NCBI GenBank assembly: GCA_002269645.1
Contig: NIVC01000724.1
Coordinates: 64,379-106,630 of the forward strand
Length of the DNA stretch: 42,252 nucleotides
Direction of reading: 5' to 3'
Source of the DNA: Macrostomum lignano
Lineage: Eukaryota
Shown here: positions 1-12,625 of the stretch, one piece after another
Layout of the letters: each line of letters begins with the position of its first letter
How positions within the stretch are numbered: position 1 is the first letter of the stretch
Program-made: the position numbers and the translations under genes
Notes under the pieces: model-generated
The model's database searches: none
What the model was told of the DNA's origin: nothing
What the model saw: only the letters and a program-made list of their open reading frames with translations

Positions 1-416
1 GACAAACAGAAAGACTGTAGACAGACAGAAAGACTGTAGACAGACAGAAAGACTGTAGACAGACAGAAAGACAGAAAGACTGTAGACAGACAGACAGACA
101 GAAAGACAGACAGACAGACAGAAAGACAGACAGACAGACAGACAGAAAGACTGTAGACAGACAGCGCAAGTGCATCTGCAGATTGCAGTTTTTACCGATA
201 ATTTCTGCAGTGTAATTTCGCTACTATAGTCTTTCTGTCAGTCAGTCAGACAGACAGACAGACAGACAGACAGACAGGCAGGCAGACAGACAGAAAAGAC
301 TGTAGACAGACGGACAGACAGACAGACAGACAAACAGAAAGACTGTAGACAGACAGCGCAAGTGCATCTGCAGATTGCAGTTTTTACCGATAATTTCTGC
401 AGTGTAATTTCGCTAC
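1..416. repeat. Compound (GACA)n microsatellite with interspersed GAAAGACTGTA units and a duplicated ~61-bp core
   Basis: GACA runs throughout. The core GCGCAAGTGCATCTGCAG...TTTCGCTAC is present at 164-224 and 356-416. Confidence 0.9.
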
Positions 417-1963
417 ATGACCGCCTCGCCTTGCCCCAACCCCTCCCCCCTCAGTGCCGCTCTGATTCCACTTTGTTATCATACCTCCTTTGACTACAAT
501 GCGCTTGAACTAACTGGTTCAGGTGCGGTATTTCATACTCTTAGTTATATTCTAGTATGCAATTCACGTATACGTAGAGGTGCACACACAGCAGGTTATA
601 TGCGGCAGTATTAAAAGCTGGTGCACTGCTAGCACAAACAGTCTGAGAATGGAAAACTTGATTGAGTTGACAGTTGACTTGCACTTCTCTCACTCTCCCC
701 TGTCTATTCTCTCTCTAACTAGTCTCTCTAGTAATGAGTTAGCTTTGAATATGGGCTTACCTCTATTGTATATAATAAAAGTGTATCTGCATTTTACGGC
801 GGTGGGTGATTCTGTGGCCGCGTTATAAATAGAACTCATTGTGCGTCATCGGCTCAATTGTTCCAGATTTATGCGTTAGTGTATGCACAAGACTCATTTT
901 ATTGTACTTTTCTATCGTGAAGGTGAGTTGGACGCAGACATGACCATGATCGCTTTCATAATATGAAATGAAAGACTTTCTAACAGTAGAACTACCAAGG
1001 GGGGGGTTCCGACGGCGTCGTGGTGATTACGGAATTATGCTTAAGAGACTAGCTGAGGATGTAGTGAAATTCGCAACACAGGGTGTCCATAGTCGCCTGC
1101 AGTGCTATCCATTGAAGGTCCAGAAGCTTGTTCGCTCGCTCGCACTAGGGCAAACCCGCTAATCCACTAAGACAGAGTGTACATGGCCTGGTATGCCTTG
1201 ATTTTTCTCTTCGTTTTGTTGTATTTTTTATATCTGTTTTTCACAGTCCTACGCTCGTAGCTATAGCCAGATTGATAAAAACAATATTAATGCCTGGGAC
1301 AAGACTCTACTATGTACTACAGATTCGGGGCAGCAGGGCCTAATTGGCACGGGAACACGAAACACTCGCTCTGCCCTGCCGCCCCTCTTTCACCTACAGC
1401 TCGAGTTCGAGAGTTGAGACGCCAATCATAATCAATATTTTTCTCTCCTCTCCGCCTCTTTATCAGCGAGACTACACCCCCTCTCAAGTCACGATCCCAG
1501 CTGCTCCTGCGAGTCTAATTAGCGAGCTCAATCAGCTGCAGCTGCTCATCTTCTGATCATCAAAAACACGTCAGACTACTCCACTGTGCTCAATCAGACG
1601 TTTTTTACATGCCTTCTCCACTGCTTTTTCTTTGGAGGTGGGGAGGGGGGTTTAAGTAAGCCTTTGCCTTTTTGTTTTAATTAACCAAATTAACAGTACT
1701 TTAACTCGAGTACATATTGCTTCTCAGGGCCTTTCCCCAAGGTGCCGGAAATGAATATCAACTCAAAGCACCGACTGCAATGGACAATCGTTTCGTTCCT
1801 CCAAAATACCATCGAATTGACTGCCGCGAGAAATAACAAATTAAGTCTATTTCGAATGATTTAAAATAGGGATTGTAAAACTAAAAAACACCTCACTTCC
1901 AAGATGAACTACTAGAGAACATGCTACTCGTACTTTAAGTAGCCAGTAGTGCATATTGTTAAC

Positions 1964-3316
1964 TCAGGGACGGAAAAACCGTCTCAGATCGGCCAACTGC
2001 TTTGAAAACCCGACGCCGCAGCCGCCGCCTCTGCCGTCGATGCCGCATTCCAGAGCTGCGCCTGACAGTGACGCCGCCAAGCAGACGAGAAACGCTTGAA
2101 CATCGCCAAAGTTCTCGCTCTTGTCGCCGCCGTCGAACCAGTCGCTGTTGCTGTTGTTCTCGCCGACGTTGTCACTAGCTGCTTCGTCTTCGACTTGTCC
2201 AGCAGCGCTCGCAGCCACCGAGGCTGACAGCACGGAGAAAAAGCCGGGACACAGAGCCCGCCTGACCAACTGCTGACGTTGGTTCGCCGCAGGCACCGTC
2301 GTGTTAGAGTCCGCAGCCGAGCAGATCAGCAGACAGGCGGTCACCAGCGGGCAGACGGCAGATAGCGGGCTGGAGTCGGAGAACTCACTTATCGCCTGCA
2401 GACAGCGGTGCAGGCAGTAGCGCAGCGGCTGTCGCGACTCCGGCAGCTGGCGAACGCTCAGTCTCGACTGCCAGGCCTCCAACCATTCGATCCCACCAAC
2501 GTCCGGGTCCGCTGTCGAGTTGCTGTCCAGTTCAAAGTCATCGCGCTGCCGACACCAGCGGGCAAACTGACGGCCGTTGTTCGTTCGCAGGTCATACTTG
2601 GCACCGAGCTGCCAGGCCTCTGCATCTTCAAGCTCGTCGACAGCAGCGGCGCCGCCTCCGCCGTCGAGCCGACGCTCCGCTCTGGCGAGGCTCTCCTCGA
2701 GCGAGCGCGGGCGTCCGCTCGTGTACTCAATTCGAAACACCTCGTCCCTGGTCAGGTCGAACACTCGGCAGATCCGGCGGACCCAACCCATGGCGGCCGA
2801 GAAGTAGATTAGGCCGACCTCCGCCTTCCGCCTGTCCCCACCAGTCGACTGGCAGCTGGCTACGACGGCGTGTCGAAAGGTCAGCCTGTGACAGTCATCA
2901 TCGTCATCGTAGTCGTTCTCGTCAAAGTCGTCCACGCCGATGTCACTGACGTGTCGCCGGTAGCTGACCGAGCAACCGGGCTGCAGCTCATCGGCAGTGA
3001 CGACGCGTCTCACCGTGTAGCCGTCGGCGTGCTTGGCGCAGGCAGCAGCCAGCGGGCAGTCGAAGTCGGCATGCTGCAGCGATACTCGGATCCGCTGGTG
3101 AAAACTGGTCCGTCGAGTGTCGACAAAGCAGCGGAACTCGCACACAGGGTCGCGGTCGACGTTCTGCGGTGCGTGCCCGTAGATCAGCAGTGCTGCTGTA
3201 ATCAGAGCACCGCTGCAACCGTCCGAAGGCTCAACACGCTGCAGCTCCGTCAGCAGGCCAGGCGGCTGGCCGTCAATCGACACAACATCGCCGACGCGCA
3301 GGTCGCTCAGCGGCAC
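1964..3316 (-). CDS. LRAT-like tandem-domain protein, 3' part (repeats 3-4), probably the frameshifted continuation of 3307-4581
   Basis: 450-aa ORF with only a GTG start, overlapping the upstream ORF by 10 nt in another frame. Contains DLRVGDVV and ELQPGCSV..RHAVV..KYDLRTNNGRQFARWCR (Cys replaced by Gly). Confidence 0.7.
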   Translation of the reverse strand: MPLSDLRVGDVVSIDGQPPGLLTELQRVEPSDGCSGALITAALLIYGHAPQNVDRDPVCEFRCFVDTRRTSFHQRIRVSLQHADFDCPLAAACAKHADGYTVRRVVTADELQPGCSVSYRRHVSDIGVDDFDENDYDDDDDCHRLTFRHAVVASCQSTGGDRRKAEVGLIYFSAAMGWVRRICRVFDLTRDEVFRIEYTSGRPRSLEESLARAERRLDGGGGAAAVDELEDAEAWQLGAKYDLRTNNGRQFARWCRQRDDFELDSNSTADPDVGGIEWLEAWQSRLSVRQLPESRQPLRYCLHRCLQAISEFSDSSPLSAVCPLVTACLLICSAADSNTTVPAANQRQQLVRRALCPGFFSVLSASVAASAAGQVEDEAASDNVGENNSNSDWFDGGDKSENFGDVQAFLVCLAASLSGAALECGIDGRGGGCGVGFSKQLADLRRFFRP

Positions 3317-4581
3317 GGAATCGACGCCGTAGCTGCTGTTGGTCCCAACGCTCCCGCGCCGCCGACGCTGTCAGCCAGCACCAAAGCCTCCAGCGGGTCA
3401 CGAGCTGCGGCTAGCGTGGCTGCAAAGCTCAATGGCGACACTGTGCCGGCCTGAAATACGGCGCCAAGAAATGCGGCGGCGCGACGTTCCACACGTTCAA
3501 GAGGCAGCGCCGGCGTCGGGCTGGACGTCAGACGGTGGCGAAGTGCCGGATAGGCTGCCGGATAGGCGGTCACGGTGCGGCGATGGGCGAACTCCAGCTT
3601 GGCAGCGTTCACCTCGACGGATAGCACCATCAGCCGGAGCGCTAAGAGGTTGTGCCGACGACCTACTGCGCGGACTTCGGCGTGCACCGAGCGTGCAGAC
3701 GATTCGCTGCCATCAGCCGCCGTGGCGCTAGTCGGCCAGTTGATGTGGTCACCGGCGCGCAGCTCGGAGTGTTCTTCGAAGACGGTCAGCGAGGCGAATC
3801 GCTGCACAGCGGAACCGGCCGAGTGCAACTTGCACCAGCGAGCGAACTGACCGGCATTGTTGCCAAGCATCGAGTGTCCGGCGTGTCCGAGGCAGCTGCG
3901 CGCCCGGTCAACGGTCTCCCCGGCCGGTCGGCAGGCGGAAGCCGGGTAGCGTCGAATAGCGACTCCTCCGCCGTCCAACCGGAAGTCGTCGCGCAACACG
4001 CGGATGCCACCGAAAAGGCTCGGGCGGCCGAAGTGAATGGCGCGTAGAAGACGCGGCTGCCCAGTGGCCGGGTTGCGCTCCACCGACTCGGCCACGACCA
4101 GGTGCGGCAGGCGGTAGTAGCGCAGCTCGACAATGTCACCTGGTTCCGGTGGCGTATCTGGCGTTACGGCGATCTTCACGGAGGCCGGCGCCATGTCGTT
4201 GCCATTGGCAACGCAACAGTCGGTTCCAAATTGTCGGCGCCAGATTCTACTGGCCAGACGCGGCTCCTCCAGCAGCGGTGCCAGATCGCGCGCCAGACAG
4301 CAGCGCAATTCGCGGAGGGCTACGCGAACTGCTCGTTCTGGCAAGTCGATGAATTGCTGTTGAACGCTGTCCTGTTGGCTTTTCGACTGACTTGATCGAA
4401 GCGCCGGAAATGTCGTTTGCTGAACCGGTGTCGTTGGCAGCAACAGCGGGGACGTTGGCAGCCAGAGATTGCGCAGCGCCTGACGGCATTCGAACAGCTC
4501 TACTGGGAGGTCGAGGCTGGTGCTGGAGGCTGTGTCGAAGGAGTGTGAGGCGCTAGGGTAGGTGGCCCTTCTCGACTGCAT
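3307..4581 (-). CDS. LRAT/HRASLS-like (permuted NlpC/P60) tandem-domain protein, 5' part (repeats 1-2), probably catalytically inactive
   Basis: 424-aa ATG ORF. PEPGDIVEL..PHLVV..AIHFG..RARSCLG..SMLGNNAGQFARWCK matches the LRAT pattern PGD..H..H..Y.L..NNCEHFA.WC with Cys replaced by Ala. A second degenerate repeat starts ELRAGDHI. Confidence 0.7.
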   Translation of the reverse strand: MQSRRATYPSASHSFDTASSTSLDLPVELFECRQALRNLWLPTSPLLLPTTPVQQTTFPALRSSQSKSQQDSVQQQFIDLPERAVRVALRELRCCLARDLAPLLEEPRLASRIWRRQFGTDCCVANGNDMAPASVKIAVTPDTPPEPGDIVELRYYRLPHLVVAESVERNPATGQPRLLRAIHFGRPSLFGGIRVLRDDFRLDGGGVAIRRYPASACRPAGETVDRARSCLGHAGHSMLGNNAGQFARWCKLHSAGSAVQRFASLTVFEEHSELRAGDHINWPTSATAADGSESSARSVHAEVRAVGRRHNLLALRLMVLSVEVNAAKLEFAHRRTVTAYPAAYPALRHRLTSSPTPALPLERVERRAAAFLGAVFQAGTVSPLSFAATLAAARDPLEALVLADSVGGAGALGPTAATASIPCR

Positions 4582-6876
4582 GGCGGACGGATGAGCTGAC
4601 TAAAAGAGGAAAGTACGAGCGGGGAAAAAGTGCTTTGACTGTACGAGTTTGACCATATTTCAAGTATAAATTGTGCAAGGCAATTGTTTAAAGAAATGGC
4701 CATGAATGCGACGGTTGCTTTCAAGCTACTTTTAGTAATATAGCAATGTAGGTAAAGCAGTTTTTGTAAACTTTTTGCCGCGTTATGTACACTTTTTAGG
4801 CCTAGTTTTACGTTTGAATTTGTTAGGGATTTCAAATACCTTTTAAAGATCTTTCATAACAATTATCGCTTAAATAATATTATAAAGTTGCATACCTTTA
4901 TCTCCGAATTAACAGTTTAAGAGAAATCATTAGAAGTATTGAAACTGGTTCCAGTTACTGAATTTCAAATAGTATAATAACTTTAAAATGTGATGGTACT
5001 CACTCACCCGAACATCGGCTTGTATACTAATTCAGCACTTTATAAAGAGGACACGGCAATCAATAATGTACATTAAGATCAATGCACAAACTTTTATGTA
5101 CAACGTCTGCGCGCTTATCTTATCTTTTCCTGCCCCTCCAGCCCCTTCGTCGCCCTAGCCGAAACCTCATTTAGTTGATTTCACAGCCCTCTCAACCACC
5201 CACCCCACTCCCAAGTCGCTCATTCCCCCGCGATGCCATCTGATTGGCTGGCTGAAGACGTAGTAAAAATTTAGAGCCAAGAAGAGCGACAGGCAGGTCA
5301 AGACTACTGAGGAAAAAAATCAATTGAACACCTCCACCATACGAGCGCAGTGACCCTTCGGTAAAGATATTCCAGAGGTCAGAATTTAGTAAAAGCAAAG
5401 TGTACACAGAAATTTTCAATCTTGGTTGCCACTGCCAGAAAAACAGAAGATCGATAAAGGACGTTGCTTCGTTTTTGTTTGATGGCTTTAGATCGATATA
5501 AGCTGGACCGATGCTCTTAGTGTCTGGTGTCATTCAAGACCCCTAGATCTTGTTAATTTAGAAACACAAGATGTCAATCAAATAAGAAATGCAAATTCAT
5601 TCAGTGAGAAAACTTTTTAGTCGATTTTCAAGAAAGTTTTACAAGGAAAGTCAGTCTAATTATAATGAAGTGGCAGCACACTCTCCATACATCATTCCCT
5701 TGTATGCAAAAAGTGCAAGTTTTTCTGATGAGGCGGCGTATTGAGAGGAAGCAGCAAACTTCCCTAAGCTCATCACATCACTCCCCCTCTCCCTTCCCCT
5801 CTCTCTCCCTCTCTTTTTGCGTAGAATTTCTGTCGCACAAAAGGCAAACTATAACAACAGCAGCAGCAGCAGCAGTTCATGAGCTAAAGGCTTAAAAAAA
5901 AACGTTGGGTCTTCATCAGCTTTACTCTCTCTTTTCTCAGCCTTCCCAGCTTTGCCTTTTGCTTCTCTTCTTTGCACTCTTTATACGTAGTTATATAGTT
6001 CTAGGGGGCGCCAAGCCTATATAATACATAGGTCGCATATTGGCCCACCCTCTATTATTGCTCAGGGAACTTACGCTCGTATCTAGACAAGGCCAATCCT
6101 TCTCTAACCGTCATTCAAATTTGAGACTGACTGAGTATAGTGTGAGATACCGCCATGCAGTGAGAGAGATTGTGGGACAGAGAGATAATCGATAGACTCT
6201 CCCAGCAGCGCCCATGCAGCGAGACAGCGGTTCAATTAAAATCTGTCAGTTTACAACCCTCTCCCGTGAGAGTCAATTTTTCTCAAGTCCAAGAAGCTAG
6301 CAGCGAATTCGAGCAGGCTGTGCGCAGTGCAATGCAATATATCGAATTCCTTCACCAGATTTCTAAGGCGGCAGAGAAAAAAATCAATTTCATTTTCTCT
6401 GACAGTTTTTGTTGTGAATTTCTGCGCCCGGCTAATCTCTGCCTTGGCTCTGGCCTGATCCTCTAGCAGTAAAAGTTCAAAGGCGAGCGTAAAATTCCAC
6501 GCAACTTCGCCTTCTCCTCTAACCAACTCCCTGCAGCTCCTTCCCCGCCTAGCAACCAGTAAAATCTATCAAATGTCAATTTTCATAAGTCGCAACCGCA
6601 GTTCCTCTCCTACCAATCGATAAACTCCTCCTTTCCCTTTGCTGCCAGCTGACTCGGAGGTCGAAAGCGAAATTCTAACCGAGTTCAGAGTCTCTCATTA
6701 TTAATTCAGCTAGGCCGGGAATTAAGCTTTGCCCCAAATCCCAATTAGAATCCGTGCTAGCATTCTAATGCCTATGCAGAAAGACCTCCACTGACTTCAA
6801 TTTCGGACTTGGAATGAAAGTATGAAAAAATTACAAGTTTTTAACTGTTAATTATGTCTTCAAGATACTTAAATCG

Positions 6877-7120
6877 CTCACCCCTACCTCTCATATCTAG
6901 CACTCTATCTCTCACTCCTACCTCTCATATCTAGCACTCTATCTCTCACCCCTACCTCTCATATCTAGCACTCTATCTCTCACCCCTACCTCTCATATCT
7001 AGCACTCTATCTCTCACCCCTACCTCTCATATCTAGCACTCTATCTCTCACCCCTACCTCTCATATCTAGCACTCTATCTCTCACCCCTACCTCTCATAT
7101 CTAGCACTCTATCTCTCACC
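6877..7120. repeat. 34-bp minisatellite, ~7 copies
   Basis: Unit CTCACCCCTACCTCTCATATCTAGCACTCTATCT starts at 6877, 6911, 6945 ... 7081, 7115. Confidence 0.95.
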
Positions 7121-7879
7121 TATATCCACTCCATCTGACTCTATCTCTCATACACACGAGCGTATTTTCTTTTCTATCAAGCTAATTTGAGATGGCTACG
7201 TTATCCAACAGCCTCAACACTCCTGTGGCAGACAAAATATTTGAGCGAATTATTATTTTTTTCATCTTCTTTTCTAGCCTTGCCCAGAGAAAACTGACGA
7301 CCTAGAAAAAATGATGACTAAAATTGCTAGAACCAGATCAATCCAGATTGATCGACAGAAATCCTATCCTTTAGTGGCGACGCGACAAATTCCCAAGTAA
7401 AATGAATCCCCCAAGGCAGAGCAGCTCCTCGCGCATTCGTTATTAGTCGTTAGGATCATCTCCACATCAAACATTGCTACATCAAATTCGAAAATGTTCT
7501 CGGATTTTCTGAGCTTAAAAATTCGGAAACTGGAATGAACCGAGGCATCAAGTCTAAGATCTTTGGTTCTCACGAGAAGTTTGAGCAGTTCGGGGCCTCG
7601 AGTCAACAGATCGATGCCCACTTAAAGCAAACTGCTAGATCGAGGATAGAAACAAGTCTGAAAATTGTTCGAAACCGAAGAAAGTGTGTCATTTGCTTTA
7701 GAGTACTTTTGGCTTCCAAATTGCTCTTTTTAGTTGTAAGTTAGTTTTGTTTAGCCAAGTTTACGAGATAGTTTAGAGTATTCTGCATGCACAGCTTTAA
7801 TTTTTCGAGGTTTGTCTGAGAAGTTCTGTGTACTCGTATTTTGTTATAAGTTTTGTGGCTCAGGAAGTTGCACACTCTT

Positions 7880-8470
7880 TCGAGTGAAGAGTCTCCAAAT
7901 ATGCACCCTCAGCCTCCAGACTTCAGGCCTCCTGGCTCATTGTTCATCGCAGTGACGATGCTTTTCTTCTGTAGGCCCTCATCGATTCCTTGATGCGAGG
8001 AAAAAGGAGGAAGTCGAAAGGACTGACGTCCGGGTAGTACGGCGGATGCGGAAGAATTTCTAGCCATCCTTGATGACTCGATGATGCAGGCCTCTTGTCA
8101 CGAATGGCCCTTCAAACCTTCACAATGACTAACAAGTAGAAGTCGCCATTCACCGCCTGCCCTGCTGGCACTGGCTGGTTCAAGCGGCAAACTCTTGACG
8201 GTCAACGAAGGTGATGCGCTTGATCTTCAGCTGGGCCATGGACCGAGCGACCTCCCATCGATTCCGATGCTTCTTGCGCTTGATCTTCAGCTGGCCCATG
8301 GACCGAGCGACCTCCCATCGATTCCGATGCTTCTTGCGCTTGATCTTCAGCTGGGCCATGGACCGAGCGACCTCCCATCGATTCCGATGCTTCTTGCGCT
8401 TGATCTTCAGCTGGGCCATGGACCGAGCGATCTCCCATCGATTCCGATGCTTCTTGCGCTTCTAGCTTAA
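7880..8470 (-). mobile_element. Degraded mariner (DD34D-type) transposase remnant
   Basis: Minus-strand translation with stops and frameshifts gives ..LKIKRITFVDRQEF.. / AVNGDFYLLVIVKV*RAIRDKRP / GWLEILPHPPYYPDVSPFDFLLFPRIKESMR. These are the mariner TVN..YY..KRP and HPPYSPDLAPSDF.LF motifs in the correct order. Confidence 0.8.
8216..8461. repeat. 60-bp tandem repeat, 4 copies, inside the mariner remnant
   Basis: Lines starting 8221, 8281, 8341 and 8401 are near-identical. The minus strand reads (KRKKHRNRWEVARSMAQLKI)n. Confidence 0.95.
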
Positions 8471-9439
8471 CAGATACGCTCGTAGTCTGTTATCCGTTAC
8501 AGCCCGTTTCTGTTATCCGTTACAGCCGACCGAATGAAGTTACTCGTACAAGTAGTTGAGGTAAAAAGCAAATTCTCGGTCTAATTTGGAGCGCAGCTCC
8601 AGACCCAGAAATAAAACCAGACTCTAATTTTGAGTCTGGATCGTCAGCACAGTTTTCAGCCATTCCTTTCCTCTCAAAGGTGTCGCTATATGGGCATAAA
8701 ACTGGGAACTGTCTTCCAGCAACTCATATTCATATTCCCAATATTCACATTCTGCCTGCTTGACTTCCTCACCCGGCCTTTCATCCCCCCGCTCCTAGAA
8801 GAAGGAAAAGTCTCCCCCCCACTCTCTCTATCTCGCTTCGTTTTTTAGACCAAAGCACGCAGAGAGACGGAGACACGGGAGTGACAGGGAGGGGCATCTA
8901 TCTTCATCATAAAACTCTCGGCTTACTTTTGCAGAAAATCAGCGAGCCATCATTATTATAGGCCATGGGAGAATTCAGTAGAAAATCAGAGAGTTCGTCT
9001 TTTCCTCACGCACTCGTAGGACCGTCTGCGTCCTGACGAGAGGAATCCATGCCGAGTGTTACAGCCGGTGCTGGATGCTGGCCTTCTGCACATGATTCCT
9101 TCGATCCCATCAGCTAAGCTGCTCGGGAATTAACATTGCCGAACCTTTCCTGTCTTCTTTGCTACTCGCATTGCATTCATCGGCTGATTCTGTTTCGGTT
9201 GCTTGGTCTAAATATAGACTGACGGCAAATTATACTGCATTATCCTTTGATGCTTTGATCTTCTGACTGCGTGGCGAGAGCAATGCTGGCTGTTAGTGCT
9301 TGCTGGGTGGGGCTTTTGTGTCTTAGTGAAGTACCTTAATATAAATATTCGAAGGACGGATGTGGGGCGCCCTGGTGCAACATCTTCGGCAACATTATTC
9401 TGCCCATTCCGCTGACTCCTCCTGAGCACATGCAGGAGC

Positions 9440-9662
9440 GCCAATACTGTACGCTCACACAGGGTGCACAGCGGCCCTCACTTTCTAATCATCACGCATG
9501 TACACTCTCTGTGCCTTGGGGGTTGGCACTCATGGCTGCGAATCGCAAAACAACCCCAAGGCCAATTTTCGTGCACACAAGCCCCAAATGAGTGTGGCCG
9601 CGCAGGGAATCGAACCAGGGGCCCTGGTGCGAGAGTCAGACAGGTTTGAGCTGCTCTGCCCC
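9440..9662 (-). mobile_element. tRNA-derived SINE, 3'-truncated diverged copy
   Basis: B box GGTTCGATTCC at 9606-9616 on the minus strand. The body (GCCAACCCCCAAGG..GTGTACATGC..GGGCCGCTGT.CAC.C.TGTGTGAG) aligns with the copy at 11028-11385. Confidence 0.8.
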
Positions 9663-9683
9663 TGAATTAATGCTTTAGATGTA

Positions 9684-10014
<331 letters not shown>

Positions 10015-11027
10015 CACTTCATATTACAGCAGTTTTAAGACTTTTGGTTTTAGACACGAATGTCGATTTTCGTGTGAAATGAGCAGCTACCTGCACTTTT
10101 AAATTCCACGTTTGATAAAGTAATCTGAGGAAAGAATGGAAGGGGTCTGTTTTTAGCTAGCGAAATCAACTTAGTCTCAATTTACCTAATTACGATTTCG
10201 ATGCATTGTTTTGAGCTGTTCAGTCAGTCGATGCAGAATTGATTACAGATAAACAGGGGTCTCAACTGGACAGTTTTGAGTAGCCAGCTAGCCAGCTATT
10301 GTTCATGAATATTCATATCATTTCTAACAACTTTCATAATTCCATAGCTAGTGCTGACGGTTTTTAGCTTGGGAGACTTGAGCTTCAGACAATGTTCTAC
10401 TCAGCACACGCAAGTCTAAGGCTCTGTCTCTATTCCCTATTGGCATTTCAGGCTGATCCGCATTCTGCTGAGGCAGAAGCAGAGAGAGAGAGAGGTAGAG
10501 AAGAGAAAGCAGAAAGACTCCCAAGTGCCGTTTCCTCGCTAGCACCTCTAATTTATTTCTGGCCCAATAATGTCAAGAGTAATTTGCTGGATTTTTAGCT
10601 ACTGTTTCTCCCAGCCTGTTCCGCCGTCTCTTTGAGTCTTTGCTCGAGGATTTGCGAGGAAAAACCAACTTTGCGACACAGTTTGTAATTTCCGTTGGCT
10701 TGGCTTGACTTGGCCCGGAATGCTGAACCTAAGCTTCTTAATTTTGAGTTCTAATTGTTTTCAGCTAGCTAGAAAAAAATCTTGCAAGCTAAAAAAGTTG
10801 GTGTAATTAACTAATTTATTTACTTCTTACATTTTTAGCAGTATTTCTTATGAAAATTTATGTACATCAATGGACATTAGTCAGTATAGCATGGAGTTAG
10901 GAAATAAAAGGCTATTTATTTACGAAAATGTTAATTAAAACTTCCTGGAAAGTAAAAAAAAATAAAACTCAGTGTTTTATCACTGTAGGCTCTGAAAAGA
11001 CAAATAAACACACCATAGGGTTAAATA

Positions 11028-11385
11028 GGGGGCCGTAGCCCAGCGGTAGCGCAGCTGCTCTGGTGTGCCAGCGACCCAGGCTCGATTCCAAGTGCAGTCA
11101 CATTAATTTGGGGCTGAATTGGAATCTCGGCTTGGCTCTGCTCGTGCAATTAACGGCCTTGAGAGCCAACCCCCAAGGCGCAGTGAAGTGTACATGCCTA
11201 ACGATAAAATAAAGTTAGGGCCGCTGTACACTCCTGTGTGAGTGTGTGCCTGCGTACGTATCCGCGCGCTTGTATGCCTGCTCAGGGGAGTCGGCGGAAT
11301 GGGCAGTAATGCCTCTCGCCGGTTGTGTGCCTATGTCGCTTAAAGTGCGCCAGGGTGCACACAACCCCCCTGCCTCTAATAAAAA
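11028..11385 (+). mobile_element. Full-length tRNA-derived SINE with 13-bp target-site duplication
   Basis: A box TAGCCCAGCGG at 11036-11046, B box GGCTCGATTCC at 11080-11090, A-rich tail TAATAAAAA. TSD ATAGGGTTAAATA at 11015-11027 and 11386-11398. Confidence 0.9.
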
Positions 11386-12315
11386 ATAGGGTTAAATATG
11401 AAGCTATTTGTTTATAATCCTGTATTAAACGCGTTTATTGCATAATATGCCGATTTTATTTATTTAAGTTGTTTACATTTGCTTCGGACGAACCTAAATT
11501 TTTTATTCGTTTTGAAGAAACATTTACCATTGCAATAGGCGTTAATGAAAAAATCTTAGATATATAATTCTTCTCTCAGCTCAGTGGCCCTTTGCCGATT
11601 TTTTTGCTTACTCTTCCTATCTTTTGTTGCTGTTCGTCCTGGTGCCTGGCTCGGACGACACCAAGGCTGCTATTTTCTTGATATTATTAAAATAAGAAAT
11701 CCAATAAAAATATTGCATTTAATAATATACCGAATATATTTGCATCCGTATTAGCATATTGTGTCAATTAATTAATATTCAATAGTTCGATTGAATTAAG
11801 CACAAAATAAGTTATATTCAAGTGAACTTGACTTTACTGGAGCATGCAAAAATTTTAACAAAAGCAAATTTAAATTGATCACAGCTAACATAAAATAATT
11901 AAAAAATTCACAGAGTATGGGACTTATTACATAACCATTTTCACGTACTGATTTTAATGTTGCAAAAGTACATTTTAAACATAACAATAGCTATTCAATA
12001 AAGTCCAAAATTGTAAATTTAAAACGCCCCTATAGCAGAAAAATCAATTAGAAAGTTGAGAGAAATTTTAATTCTGTAAATACAGGTAAATAGAAATAGA
12101 AGTCAGCTCAAGGACTTAACAATTAACAAGTAAAAGGAATTGGACAGAGATTAGGAAAGTTTGTGAGGGAGCTAGACAGACTGATTCGTTATCAAATTAT
12201 TAGAGGTAAAAAGCAAGGAAACGAGATGGTGGAAAGGAGATAGATTAAATAGAATCTATCTATCTCTAGAGGGGAATAAATAAAAGAGAAGAAAGAATGA
12301 GGATGAAGCGGGTAG

Positions 12316-12625
12316 GGAGATGAAGGGAGGGAGATGAAGGGAGGGAGATGAAGGGAGGGAGATGAAGGGAGGGAGATGAAGGGAGGGAGATGAAGGAAGG
12401 GAGATGAAGGGAGGGAGGTGAAGGGAGTGAGATGAAGGGAGGAAGATGAAGGGAGGGAGATCATGGGAGCTGGGAGCTGAGGGAGAAAGATGAAGGGAGG
12501 GAGATGAAAGGAGGGAGATGAAAGGAGGGAGATAAAAAAGGATGAAGGGAGGGAGATTATTGGAAGAAGACGGAGGGACGGAGATGAAGAGAGGGAGATG
12601 AATGGGAAGGAGATGAAGGGAGGGA
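12316..12625. repeat. Purine-rich ~14-bp degenerate tandem repeat (GAGATGAAGGGAGG)n
   Basis: Direct inspection. Confidence 0.9.

Noticed and set aside
2408-4489. Many overlapping ORFs on both strands across the LRAT gene
   Set aside because: Shadow ORFs of GC-rich coding sequence with no motifs.
8630-8848. RYMGIKLG resembling the RT KYLG motif
   Set aside because: Single short motif with no YADD or other RT motifs nearby.
11028-11100. tRNA gene (also 9595-9662)
   Set aside because: A/B boxes are present but no convincing cloverleaf; continues into a SINE body with a TSD.
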